DNA from: an uncultured Chroococcidiopsis sp.
GTDB taxonomy: Bacteria > Cyanobacteriota > Cyanobacteriia > Cyanobacteriales > Chroococcidiopsidaceae
Length of the DNA stretch: 64,000 nucleotides
Assembly: GCA_964248365.1 (NCBI GenBank)
Contig: CAXTYC010000004.1
Coordinates: 160,001 to 224,000 of the forward strand
Direction: 5' to 3'
Shown: positions 42,183 through 52,825 of the stretch, piece by piece
Numbering within the stretch: the stretch's first letter is position 1
Layout: every line of letters begins with the position of its first letter
Notes under the pieces: generated by a model
The model's database searches: none
What the model was told of the DNA's origin: nothing
Seen by the model: only the letters and a program-made list of their open reading frames with translations
Position numbers and translations under genes: made by a program

Positions 42183-43262
42183 TCAAGCATATGCTGATGC
42201 TTGGGGTTTGGCAAAAATCATCCGTCCGGCGGCAGTTTGCAACGCACTCGTTACCACTACTCGCAGTTCACCGCCGATATAATGGCTGCCATCTTCAACT
42301 ACAACCATCGTCCCATCCTCTAGGTAGCCTACACCTTGACTCGGTTCTTTGCCTTCCTTGAGGATCTTCAGGTCGATGTTGTCACCTGGTAGATAGCTTG
42401 GGCGTACAGCTTGCACTAAATCATTGATATTCAATACAGGCACTTTCTGCAAGCTTGCTACCTTGCACAAATTGTAGTCATTTGTCAAGAGTGTACCATT
42501 AATTTCTTGCACGAACCGCACTAACTTAGCATCTACGGTATTAACATCGTCGTAGTCAGTGGGGTTGAAAACGATGCGATCTGGATAAGCTGCCTGAATG
42601 CGGTTGAGAATGTCCAATCCTCTTCTTCCCCGTACCCGCTTGAGATCTTTTGCCCCATCTGCTAATTGTTGCAGTTCTTGCAAGACAAACTGCGGCACTA
42701 GAATTGGTCCTTCTATAAATCCTGTCTCTAGCAGTGCTTCGATACGACCATCGATAATGCAGCTAGTATCCAAAACTTTAGTGGCAGCAGGCTTAAGCGT
42801 CCCTTCTGCCAGTAACATAGTTTCGACAGTATGGGGATTAATCAGTCGCAAGAAAGTCCGCCCGTGAGTATCAGCCAAGCTGATCCCAGAAAAGGCAAAC
42901 ATTACACTTGCTAAAACCGCAATTAACGGCTTAATAAAGCTAAAATCCTCTGGAATTGGCAATAAGAAAAGTGGGGCAAGCATCAAGTTGGCGATTAGTA
43001 GCCCGATTACCAATCCCAGCGCCCGCGACAGTAGAACATCGACTGGCATTTCGCGGACTTTGGCTTCTAAGCGGCGATAGGTGATCTGGAAACTCAGCCC
43101 AGTAGCACCGCCGATTAGGGCGGCAAACACAGCAAAGATCAAGCGCAAAGCTTCTAGATTACTAGCTTGCTGCTGCACTCCTTCGGGCAGTAGTTCAACG
43201 CTGTAGAAGCCGATTCCGGCTCCTGCTAGAATGAATAAGATAATTATGATTGCATCAAGCAT
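42183..43262 (-). CDS. Membrane PIN/TRAM domain protein (YacL-like)
   Basis: 4 TM segments, LDTSCIIDGRI, RGRRGLDIL, TNDYNL, GYLEDGTMVVVE. Confidence 0.92.
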   Translation of the reverse strand: MLDAIIIILFILAGAGIGFYSVELLPEGVQQQASNLEALRLIFAVFAALIGGATGLSFQITYRRLEAKVREMPVDVLLSRALGLVIGLLIANLMLAPLFLLPIPEDFSFIKPLIAVLASVMFAFSGISLADTHGRTFLRLINPHTVETMLLAEGTLKPAATKVLDTSCIIDGRIEALLETGFIEGPILVPQFVLQELQQLADGAKDLKRVRGRRGLDILNRIQAAYPDRIVFNPTDYDDVNTVDAKLVRFVQEINGTLLTNDYNLCKVASLQKVPVLNINDLVQAVRPSYLPGDNIDLKILKEGKEPSQGVGYLEDGTMVVVEDGSHYIGGELRVVVTSALQTAAGRMIFAKPQASAYA

Positions 43263-43608
43263 TGGTTCAATCCAATTGAATTTCGTTTAAATCCCTTTGC
43301 TGGTGGATTTGACATGAGAAATTGGTATGATTATCAACAAATTAAATTTGTTGATATAGATCTATGATATAACTTTGTGGTTATCAGTTGCTTCCTTGGG
43401 ATACTGGCTACACCTTTGTTTATGAGAAAAATTGGCTAAAATTAATATGAGTGAATCAAAAATATTTTAAATTTGACCCGAATGTAATCTTTTTATTTAT
43501 GATTGAGGCTGACTTAGTATATGAAGCTACTTAATTTCTGTAATTATTACACTTAAGGAACAGATAAAAAATATTATTAAATTTTTCGATAATTAATTAT
43601 TCTCATAA

Positions 43609-44892
43609 TTGAATCAATATCTTGTGTTAGCTAATTTAAACCCGTTGTCTAAAGAAATATATTTGGGAATTCCAAGAAACGCTTATGTGCATATTCCCTT
43701 TTGCCGAAGGCGTTGCTATTACTGTGATTTCCCAGTTTCGATTGTAGGCGATGCCTTCGGCAAGGGCGAAGCCCTACGCCGACAAGGTGACACATCTGGC
43801 ACTATCTCCCATTATGTTGAGATATTGTGCCAAGAAATTGCCACCACGAGCAACTTAGGGCAACCATTAGAAACAATTTTTTTTGGGGGTGGTACTCCCT
43901 CGCTGCTATCTGTAAATCAACTGTCTCATATATTAGATGCATTAAAACGCAGATTTGATATCTCTCCTAATGCTGAAATTTCAATGGAAATGGACCCAGG
44001 TACATTTACAGGGGAACAGTTGCAGGGATATCTTGCTGCTGGAGTAAATCGGATTAGTTTGGGAGTGCAAAGTTTTGTGCCAGAATTACTAAAAGTATGT
44101 GGGCGATCGCATACTCTAGATGATATCTGGGCAGCTTTTGATCTGATTGGCGGGGCAAAAGTCCCTAATTTCAGCCTCGATTTAATTTCTGGACTACCCC
44201 ACCAAACTTTAGAACAATGGCAAGCAACCCTGGAAACAGCCCAGAGAATTGCACCTAACCATATTTCAATTTACGACCTTACCATTGAGCCTGGTACTGC
44301 CTTTGGTCGTTATTATCAACCAGGTTCCAATCCTCTACCCACTGATGACGAGACAGTAGAAATGTACCGTTTGGCAAGGCTTATCTTGACAAACGCCCGT
44401 TACGAACACTACGAAATCTCTAACTACGCTCAGCCAGGATATCAGTGTCGCCATAATCGAGTTTACTGGGAAAATCGCCCCTATTATGGCTTTGGCATGG
44501 GAGCGGCAAGTTATACCAATGGGCAACGATTCACACGACCTGGTAAGACTAAAGAATACTACCAGTGGGTACAAGATTTTATTACTGCCCAGGGTGTGTT
44601 AAATTGTCCGCAAACTCCCCTAGATGAAGTTTTGTTAGAAACTTTAATGCTGGGGTTACGGTTGGCTGAGGGTGTGAGTTTGTCTACTCTGGCTGCATTT
44701 GGAGAAAAGACGCTGGAACGAATTTGGACTTGTTTGCAGCCGTACTATCAAAAAGGCTGGGTGGAAGTTGTGGGTACGGTATTTGATGGTAAATTGCCCA
44801 GTGTTGGGCGGTTGCGGTTGAGTGATCCGCAGGGGTTTTTGTTTTCTAATGTGGTTTTGGCGGATTTGTTTGGTCAGTTGCAGGTAGATTAA
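43609..44892 (+). CDS. hemW: Radical SAM haem chaperone HemW (HemN-like); start uncertain
   Basis: YVHIPFCRRRCYYCDF, GGGTPS, YEISNY, HNRVYW. Confidence 0.9.
   Translation: MNQYLVLANLNPLSKEIYLGIPRNAYVHIPFCRRRCYYCDFPVSIVGDAFGKGEALRRQGDTSGTISHYVEILCQEIATTSNLGQPLETIFFGGGTPSLLSVNQLSHILDALKRRFDISPNAEISMEMDPGTFTGEQLQGYLAAGVNRISLGVQSFVPELLKVCGRSHTLDDIWAAFDLIGGAKVPNFSLDLISGLPHQTLEQWQATLETAQRIAPNHISIYDLTIEPGTAFGRYYQPGSNPLPTDDETVEMYRLARLILTNARYEHYEISNYAQPGYQCRHNRVYWENRPYYGFGMGAASYTNGQRFTRPGKTKEYYQWVQDFITAQGVLNCPQTPLDEVLLETLMLGLRLAEGVSLSTLAAFGEKTLERIWTCLQPYYQKGWVEVVGTVFDGKLPSVGRLRLSDPQGFLFSNVVLADLFGQLQVD
43753..43776 (+). mobile_element. 24-nt SDR5-like insertion splitting a HIP1 site inside hemW
   Basis: GCGAT|GCCTTCGGCAAGGGCGAAGCCCTA|CGC. 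Confidence 0.8.
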
Positions 44893-45190
44893 CGAACCGC
44901 AAAGGCGCAAAGGGCGCAGAGGAAGAGGAGAGAGGAAAGGTCGAACCTCGTCTGATAGATTTGACTCTAGCAATTAAAGTTGTGGCTAGATTGTTTATAC
45001 AATAGTTTCACACTAACAGAGCAATTCTTTAAAATTGAACAAGTCCTTTGGTAAGCAAAGTTACTGGCAAAACCAGCAACTATGCCCTACCCAATTCTGT
45101 TTGGCTGCGGGGAGGAGCGGTAATGGACTTGATACGGCTATTGGCTTTCCTCTTGCACAATACCTTTCAGATTTAATGTATTTTACTAGA

Positions 45191-45263
<73 letters not shown>

Positions 45264-45280
45264 GTTGCATATAGAAAATT

Positions 45281-45289
45281 AGTATAGCA
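45281..45289 (-). promoter_or_regulatory. Extended -10 (TGCTATACT) for the tRNA gene
   Basis: 17 nt upstream of the tRNA 5' end. Confidence 0.6.
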
Positions 45290-45504
45290 GATTGTTACCA
45301 GAAAAAGCTATGATTTTTGAAAAAGATTTTGCTGATAGTATATCGCCTTAGTATCTATGGGTTTGAGCCAAAGATTTTGGCTCTTGGTAGTCACAACCGC
45401 TTTCAACTAGAATTATCTAAAAAGCAGTTCTAACCCAGCTAGCTTCGTAATTCGTAATTAATAATTCTTCCCTGCTCCCCTTTGCTATCTTAAAAGCCCC
45501 TCCT

Positions 45505-48210
45505 ATGGACATGACACAAGAAGAAAAAAGATTAGCAGAAGATCGCGATCGCCTAGTGTATTGGCGGCGTTGGGGTTCCTATTTGAGTGAACGGCAATGG
45601 GGAACAGTGCGAGAAGACTATAGCCCATCAGGATCAGCTTGGGACTATTTTCCCCACGAACAAGCGCGTTCTCGTGCCTATCGTTGGGGTGAGGATGGTA
45701 TTGCGGGAATTTCTGATAATCACCAAAGACTTTGTTTTGCAGTTGCACTTTGGAACGGTACAGATTCGATTCTAAAAGAAAGACTTTTTGGTTTAACCGG
45801 AAGCGAAGGCAATCATGGCGAAGATGTTAAGGAGTATTACTTTTATCTTGACAATACTCCTACTCACTCTTATATGAAATACCTCTATAAATATCCACAA
45901 CAAGCATTTCCCTATGACTCTTTAGTAGAAGAAAATCGAAACCGAGGTTATGGCGATCGCGAATATGAATTGCTAGACACAGGTATATTTAATGACAACC
46001 GTTATTTTGATGTTTTTGTTGAATATGCTAAGCATTCAGCCGAAGATATTTTAATTAAAATCAGTGTAACTAATCGAGGCGAAGAGGAGAAAACACTCCA
46101 TGTTTTACCCACTCTCTGGTTTCGTAATATTTGGTCTTGGGGAAGATTCAAAACTAAGCCTTTTTTGAAAAAATTAAAAGTAGACAACGACATGAGTGTG
46201 ATAGAAGCGTCTCATTCAGCTTTGGGAGAACGCTGGCTATATTGTCAAGGTGCAACAGAATTGTTGTTTACAGAAAATGAAACTAATAATGAAAGATTAT
46301 TTGGTGTAAGTAATAACTCGCCTTGGGTGAAGGATGGCATAAATAATTACATTGTTCATGGTGATAAAAACGCTGTTAATTCCTTTCAAACTGGAACTAA
46401 GTTTGCAGCACATTATTTATTAAATATTGCGGCAGGAGAAACCAAATCTGTTTGTTTGCGGCTGAGTGATATCCCCCTTGCCCCCCTTATGAAGGGGGGC
46501 AAGGGGGGATCACCATTTGGAACAGATTTTGATAATATATTCCAAACTCGTATCCGCGAAGCAGATGAATTTTATAATCGTATCTGTTCACCTTCGCTGA
46601 CAGAAGATAAAAAGAATATACAGCGGCAAGCTTTTGCTGGAATGTTGTGGAGTAAACAATTTTATTACTACGTTGTCCATGATTGGCTTCAAGGAGATCC
46701 TGACAATCCAACACCACCCTCGTCACGCCAAAATATCAGAAATCAAGATTGGATTCATCTTTTCAATAATGATATTATATCCATGCCAGATAAATGGGAA
46801 TATCCCTGGTATGCAGCATGGGATTTAGCATTTCATGTGATTCCATTAGTAATGATCGATCCAGACTTTGCCAAGCGACAACTAACTCGTTTGACAAGAG
46901 AATGGTATATGCATCCCAATGGTCAATTACCAGCTTATGAATGGAATTTCAGTGATGTTAATCCGCCTGTTCATGCTTGGGCTGCATGGCGTGTATATAA
47001 AATTGAACAAAAAATGTATGGTCGCGCTGATAAATTATTTCTAGAGCGCGTATTTCAAAAGTTGCTGCTTAATTTTACTTGGTGGGTAAACCGCAAAGAT
47101 GTTACGGGAAAGAACGTATTTCAAGGCGGTTTCCTGGGCATGGATAACATTGGTGTGTTTGACCGAAATATGAAACTGCCCACCGATGGATATTTGCAAC
47201 AGTCAGATGGTACGAGTTGGATGGGAATGTACTGTCTAAATATGCTGGCGATCGCGTTAGAATTGGCGAAAGACAATTCGGCATACGAAGATATTGCTAG
47301 CAAATTTTTCGAGCATTTTCTCTATATCGCAGATGCCATGAACCGTATGGGCGAAGCCAGAACGGGGCTATGGGATGAAGAAGATGGCTTTTACTATGAT
47401 CTGCTACATTTGCCTGATCAAAGTGATGTATTGTTGAAAGTGCGAAGTCTAGTAGGATTAGTGCCACTGTTTGCAGTTGAAACTTTAGAAACAGAAACTT
47501 TGCAGCAACTTCCAGGCTTTAAAAAGCGCATGGAATGGTTTATTAACAATCGTCCTGACTTGCGACAAAATGTTGCTTGTATGGAGTCGCCAGGTATTGG
47601 CGCAAAAAGATTACTAGCAATTTGCTACAAACCCCCTGGAGGCGGCGAACAGCAAAATAAACTCCGGCGGATTCTACACACAATGTTAGATGAAAACGAG
47701 TTTCTTAGCCCCTATGGAATTCGTTCTGTTTCTAAATATCATCAGGAGCATCCCTATTGCTTAAAATTGGATGGAGAGGAATACAATATAGATTACGAAC
47801 CAGCAGAATCTACTAATGCTATGTTTGGCGGTAATTCTAACTGGCGTGGTCCAATTTGGTTTCCGATAAATTATCTAATTATCGAGTCACTGCAAAAGTT
47901 TCATTACTACCTGGGCGATGATTTTAAAATAGATTTTCCAACAGGTTCCGGTCAAGAAATGAACCTTTGGGAAGTCGCACAAGAATTATCAAAAAGACTA
48001 ACTCGAATTTTTCTCGAAGATGAATCAGGTAGACGACCAGTATATGGAGATTTAGAGAAGTTTCAAACCGATGCTGATTGGCGGGATTTAATTCTTTTTC
48101 ATGAATATTTTCATGGTGATAACGGTGCTGGATTAGGAGCAAATCATCAAACTGGGTGGACGGGATTAGTAGCAAAATTGATTCAGCAATGTGGCGAGTA
48201 TAGGGGGTGA
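45505..48210 (+). CDS. GH63/MGH1-like glucosidase
   Basis: [49 protein letters not shown]. Confidence 0.9.
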   Translation: MDMTQEEKRLAEDRDRLVYWRRWGSYLSERQWGTVREDYSPSGSAWDYFPHEQARSRAYRWGEDGIAGISDNHQRLCFAVALWNGTDSILKERLFGLTGSEGNHGEDVKEYYFYLDNTPTHSYMKYLYKYPQQAFPYDSLVEENRNRGYGDREYELLDTGIFNDNRYFDVFVEYAKHSAEDILIKISVTNRGEEEKTLHVLPTLWFRNIWSWGRFKTKPFLKKLKVDNDMSVIEASHSALGERWLYCQGATELLFTENETNNERLFGVSNNSPWVKDGINNYIVHGDKNAVNSFQTGTKFAAHYLLNIAAGETKSVCLRLSDIPLAPLMKGGKGGSPFGTDFDNIFQTRIREADEFYNRICSPSLTEDKKNIQRQAFAGMLWSKQFYYYVVHDWLQGDPDNPTPPSSRQNIRNQDWIHLFNNDIISMPDKWEYPWYAAWDLAFHVIPLVMIDPDFAKRQLTRLTREWYMHPNGQLPAYEWNFSDVNPPVHAWAAWRVYKIEQKMYGRADKLFLERVFQKLLLNFTWWVNRKDVTGKNVFQGGFLGMDNIGVFDRNMKLPTDGYLQQSDGTSWMGMYCLNMLAIALELAKDNSAYEDIASKFFEHFLYIADAMNRMGEARTGLWDEEDGFYYDLLHLPDQSDVLLKVRSLVGLVPLFAVETLETETLQQLPGFKKRMEWFINNRPDLRQNVACMESPGIGAKRLLAICYKPPGGGEQQNKLRRILHTMLDENEFLSPYGIRSVSKYHQEHPYCLKLDGEEYNIDYEPAESTNAMFGGNSNWRGPIWFPINYLIIESLQKFHYYLGDDFKIDFPTGSGQEMNLWEVAQELSKRLTRIFLEDESGRRPVYGDLEKFQTDADWRDLILFHEYFHGDNGAGLGANHQTGWTGLVAKLIQQCGEYRG
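46471..46511. repeat. G/C hairpin repeat inserted in frame in the glucosidase
   Basis: CCCCCTTGCCCCCCTT-ATG-AAGGGGGGCAAGGGGG; same family as 4561-4602. Confidence 0.85.
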
Positions 48211-48395
48211 AACATGGTAGGATGCGTCCCACAACTTACCTGTAGGAGTTTTGGTGCGGCTAGTGGAGGGAGCGTGGAGAAGTTTAAGGTGTAGCTGCTT
48301 GTTGTTAGACTATATATTATAAGTCTCACTGGTTATGGTAGGCGATCGCTCACTCGACCTAATTGATAGAAAATGGCTTCATTCCCATCCTTGTT

Positions 48396-49262
48396 ATGAC
48401 TGCTGCTATCCCCGTTGTCAAACCTGTTAGTCAAATGAGGCTAGCTCCAGGTAGCACCGTCACTATTCCCAACGTCAGTTGGCAGGAATTTGAGTGTATT
48501 TTACAAGAATTAGGAGAGCATAGAGCAGCACGAGTTGCCTACAGTAAGGAAACTTTAGAGATTGTGGTTCCTCTACCTGAGCATGAAAAACGGTTGTGTT
48601 GCAAAAAACGATGCTGAGCAGGTAGTGTATTCTCTGTAAACAGTTAATACTGTCTCAATGAACCACTCGCATCCCTTTAAATGGCAGCATTTTGAATCAG
48701 AAATCATCGGGCTAGTGTGTGAGGTGGTATTCGAGATATCCACTTTCGCTACCGCCACATGGAAGAGATAATCAGGGAGAGAGGATGGTTCTGTTGACCA
48801 TACAACTATATACAGATGGGTGCAGCACTATGCGCTGCTAATTAGAGAAAAGATGCAAGCGAAAATTTTTGGAGTTGCTGTATAACGAGAGCTGATTGTC
48901 AGGATTGCTCTGTCCTTAAAAAGTTGTTGCAACACAACCGTTTTTATATCCAGAATTATCAGCGTATGATTACTCGTCGTAGGTTTGAGCCTAACGATCC
49001 TCCCCCAGATCTTGCTATTGAAATAGATGTCACTTCTAAAACGACTCTCGACGCTATTGAAGCGATCGCAGTCCTAGAACTATGGGTATACGCCAGCCAG
49101 AAGCTGAGCGTTTATCTACTCCAAGATGGAAAATACCTAGAATCTAATACCAGCCCTATCTTTCCAAACGTACCTATTGCTCAAATTATACCTGCGGTTG
49201 TTGAACGTGCGTGTCTTGTGGGGAGTGTTCAGGCATTAGAAGAATTTGCAGCAACAATTTGA
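48396..49262 (+). pseudogene. Uma2/DUF820 endonuclease-family gene split by an IS6 remnant
   Basis: N-half VSWQEFE..LEIVVPLPEHEK (to 48591); C-half FYIQN..PPPDLAIEIDVTS..SPIFP (from 48940). Confidence 0.88.
48592..48939 (+). mobile_element. Internally deleted IS6-family element
   Basis: Perfect 13-bp IR GGTTGTGTTGCAA / TTGCAACACAACC; frameshifted fragments HPFKWQHFESEII and VDHTTIYRWVQHYA. Confidence 0.88.
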
Positions 49263-49445
49263 AGTGTGCTGACGATAAATACTTCACCCAAAAGTCAGAC
49301 GAAGAAAACACAAGATAATGAATTAAAAAATACCAAGACTACAATACAGATGGTATCGAAATTTAAAGCACGATCGCTTTTGGAGAAATTAAGTGGGCGC
49401 GATCGCAAAACACTAGAGTTTGTAACGTAAAGGGATATTAGCCGT

Positions 49446-51602
49446 TCATTCTCGATTTTCGTGCCGCCAACGTCCCCTAACAAGTCGGATTTCGTCGTAA
49501 GTATAATCCTCACCCAAATATTCCCGAATTTGAGTGAGCGAGTGACTACCAACGACTTGCAATGCTTGCAAAATTTTGACTTGGCGATCGCTCGTAACCA
49601 ACCGATTCAAGTCTACGGCTTCGTTCTTCTCCACCAAATCAGACAGGTGACGAATAATTGTTGTCAGGCGAAGATTGCGTTTTTGGGCAATTTCTTCTAC
49701 ACTTAGCCCTTGTTGATGTAACTGCAAGGTGTATAGTTCAGTGTCTGAGGCTGTAGCAGGTAGAGGAGTTGTAGTATCCTGCTGCACACTCAAGCCTTGT
49801 TCTTGACAATAAGCCAGGATTTCTGCTAGAAATATTTTCCCGTATTGTGCCAATTTGTGAGTACCAACACCGGAAATTTGGGCAAAAGCGGCTAAAGATT
49901 GGGGTTGCTGCAAAGCCATCAATTTGAGAGTAGAATCTGCAAACACGACATAAGGGGGAACTGATTGTTCGTCAGCAATTTGTTTGCGCAGCGATCGCAG
50001 TCTCCCAAATAGCATTTCAACTTCAGTTGTTCGCGTCTCCAAGGGTTGAGCGACACCCATTTGAGGAGTAGTAACAGCAATCGAAACTGTACGCACTCGC
50101 CGCATCACTTCCCAACTATGAGCGTTGAGCTTCAATACTGAGTAACCATCAACTGTTTGATCGACTAAGCCTTGATGCAAAAGACTTCGCCCCAGCAACC
50201 GCCAATCCTCCACACTTTTATCTTTACCAATACCATAAGTTGAAAGCTTGTCATGACCGTTTTGCAAAATCTTCTGATTTTTTGAACCGCGCAAGACATC
50301 TATGATGTAGTTCATGCCAAATCGTTCTTTGCAACGAGCCACACAGGAAAGAAATTTCATCGCTTCAATTGTCCAGTCTGCAACTGGTTTCGGGTAACGG
50401 CAGTTATCGCATTTACCACAATTACCCGCAAATCTTTCGCCAAAATAGCCCAAAACAATTGTGCGACGGCAATCTGTACCTTCGGCAAAATCTAGTACCT
50501 GACGTAACTGTTGACGGGCGATTCGCTGTTCTTGCAAATCGGGTTTTTGCTCAATCAGATACTCAATTGTCTTAATGTCGCCATAGCCGAAAAACAGTGT
50601 ACAACGAGCAACTTCCCCATCTCGTCCCGCCCGTCCAGATTCTTGATAATAGCTTTCTAAGTTGCGGGGTAAGTCGTAATGAATCACAAACCGTACATCT
50701 GGCTTGTTAATTCCCATGCCAAAAGCGATCGTAGCCACCATGACACGAACATCATCCCGAATAAAACTGGTTTGATTGGCTGTGCGTTGAGCATCATCCA
50801 ATCCAGCATGGTAAGGTAGAGCCGCGATACCATCATGTTGTAGCTTGAGTGCAATTTCATCAACTTTACGCCGACTAAGGCAATAGACAATACCCGATCC
50901 TTCTGTTTGACGAATCAGTTGCAAAAGTTGGCTATAGCTTTGTTTCTGCTTGGGCTGGATTTCGTAATAAAGATTGGGACGGTTGAAGCTGGCAATGTGA
51001 ATACTTGGTTTTTCTAGTCCCAATTGTTGTATAATGTCTTGGCGCACGCGATCTGTCGCTGTAGCCGTAAGTGCAAGTGTCGGTACGCCAGAATAGCGTT
51101 GGCGTAATTGTTTTAGCTGTCGATATTCGGGACGAAAATCGTGTCCCCATTCGGAAACACAATGGGCTTCATCGATCGCAAAGGCAGCAATCCCAATTTT
51201 TTCCCCCACTAAATCTAGAAAAGGCAGAAATCTTTCACTCAGCAAGCGTTCTGGGGCGATGTAGAGTAGTTTGACTTTGCCTGCCAGAATTGCTTGTTCA
51301 CGCGATCGCACTTGATAGGAGTTGAGACTACTATTGATAAGTGTCGCCCCAATCCCATTATCGCGCAGCGCTTCCACTTGGTCTTGCATTAAGGCGATTA
51401 GTGGCGATACCACGACAGTTAAGCCTTTTTTTAACAGTGCTGGGAGTTGAAAACACAGAGACTTACCCCCACCTGTGGGCATCACAATCAGCAAATCTTG
51501 ATTCTCTAGTGCTTGTTCGATAATCTGCTGTTGTCCGAGGCGGAAGCAATCGTAGCCAAAATAATGTTTAAGTGCTGCTTCCAGGGATTGAAGCTGAGGC
51601 AT
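49446..51602 (-). CDS. recQ: DNA helicase RecQ
   Basis: MPTGGGKSLC, IDEAHCVSEWGHDFR, QESGRAGRDG, Zn/RQC and HRDC regions. Confidence 0.97.
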   Translation of the reverse strand: MPQLQSLEAALKHYFGYDCFRLGQQQIIEQALENQDLLIVMPTGGGKSLCFQLPALLKKGLTVVVSPLIALMQDQVEALRDNGIGATLINSSLNSYQVRSREQAILAGKVKLLYIAPERLLSERFLPFLDLVGEKIGIAAFAIDEAHCVSEWGHDFRPEYRQLKQLRQRYSGVPTLALTATATDRVRQDIIQQLGLEKPSIHIASFNRPNLYYEIQPKQKQSYSQLLQLIRQTEGSGIVYCLSRRKVDEIALKLQHDGIAALPYHAGLDDAQRTANQTSFIRDDVRVMVATIAFGMGINKPDVRFVIHYDLPRNLESYYQESGRAGRDGEVARCTLFFGYGDIKTIEYLIEQKPDLQEQRIARQQLRQVLDFAEGTDCRRTIVLGYFGERFAGNCGKCDNCRYPKPVADWTIEAMKFLSCVARCKERFGMNYIIDVLRGSKNQKILQNGHDKLSTYGIGKDKSVEDWRLLGRSLLHQGLVDQTVDGYSVLKLNAHSWEVMRRVRTVSIAVTTPQMGVAQPLETRTTEVEMLFGRLRSLRKQIADEQSVPPYVVFADSTLKLMALQQPQSLAAFAQISGVGTHKLAQYGKIFLAEILAYCQEQGLSVQQDTTTPLPATASDTELYTLQLHQQGLSVEEIAQKRNLRLTTIIRHLSDLVEKNEAVDLNRLVTSDRQVKILQALQVVGSHSLTQIREYLGEDYTYDEIRLVRGRWRHENRE

Positions 51603-51998
51603 GGTTGATGGGATAGGGGTTAATATTCTATATTATTTTGCCCTGATAGTGATACGTCAAAAGACTCTTAATAAAAGAAATGTATGTTGAAAGCGCGATC
51701 GCAAATCTCCAGAAGGCGAATTCCCTGTTGTGGTGTTAAACTGCAATGTGCGGTAATCTTATATCTTCAGAGTTAGACTGCTCTTGTGTAGGATAACATT
51801 GCCAATCAGTAGCTTAGATCGCAGTGTGAAGCATAATTATCTAGTTATGCCGCAGTGTTATCGGTGGGAATGGTACTTGAAGGTTGTCTGTCATCGTTTC
51901 GCGTTTGTTGTGATTTATTTGGTGGGACGTGTGCTTTGAGGTTGTCAATCAGACAACTAGTGCCATATGAGAACGTTCTGCGGTATGGAGTTTTGGGA

Positions 51999-52403
51999 AT
52001 GCAAAACATTATTGGGTCTTGGGTATCAAGTTTGCAATATTCTCCTGGTACTCCGGCTGATGAAAGGCTTTCTTTCTTCGATTCTGGAATTGGGCTTCTT
52101 GAAATCATCAATTGGGGACTGTGTTCGATTGAGAAATTTGATTGGATTTGTAAGGACGGAACGTTAGAGATTGAAACTGAGTGGGCTGCCTACAACGACG
52201 GACAAGATAACTTTGAAAAAGAGGAGACGTTTATTTTTGGTTCAAGGCGGATTGATTACAAAATAGAAGTGGGACATTCACCTGTATATGGAACAATGGA
52301 TTTTTTGAGCTTCAATAATTTATGCATAAATCATCAATCGAAATTTGTAAAAGCAAATAAAACATTTGATTTGGAGTGCTTGAAAGAATTTGGACTTTCT
52401 TAA
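51999..52403 (+). CDS. Hypothetical protein (cassette-like orphan)
   Basis: ATG 51999 with GGAG RBS inside track ORF 51855..52403; no recognised motif. Confidence 0.5.
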   Translation: MQNIIGSWVSSLQYSPGTPADERLSFFDSGIGLLEIINWGLCSIEKFDWICKDGTLEIETEWAAYNDGQDNFEKEETFIFGSRRIDYKIEVGHSPVYGTMDFLSFNNLCINHQSKFVKANKTFDLECLKEFGLS

Positions 52404-52530
52404 AGCATGAGAGCAGGTGCGACATAACACCTCGTTGGAACGGACGAATGGGCGTTAGATCTAGTTTGCCACCCATACCCACCATTATCATATTTGGTAG
52501 GCATTGCCCACCCTACAAACTTAATTATCT

Positions 52531-52785
52531 ATGGATTTTATTACAATTTTGGGATTAGTTGCGGGAACTTTAACAACTATCGCCTTTTTACCTCAACTAA
52601 TTAAAACCTGGAAATCAAAATCAGCTAAAGATGTCTCTCTTGAAATGCTAATAGTATTTTCTATTGGTGTCTTTCTTTGGCTAATTTATGGAATTTATCT
52701 GCAAGCACTACCAATTATTCTTGCTAACTTGTTGACCTTAATTTTCAACTTAGTAATTTTAGGGCTTAAAATTAGATATAGATGA
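52531..52785 (+). CDS. SemiSWEET / PQ-loop sugar transporter
   Basis: TTIAFLPQLIKTWKSKSAKDVS, WLIYG, PIILAN. Confidence 0.92.
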   Translation: MDFITILGLVAGTLTTIAFLPQLIKTWKSKSAKDVSLEMLIVFSIGVFLWLIYGIYLQALPIILANLLTLIFNLVILGLKIRYR

Positions 52786-52825
52786 TAAACAATTCGGAGT
52801 TCAAAATTCGGAATTTGTAATTAAT

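Noticed and set aside
45061..45190. Integrated element or antitoxin remnant downstream of tRNA-Val
   Set aside because: No integrase or duplicated tRNA 3' end seen; the peptide RGKPIAV is too short to support a call
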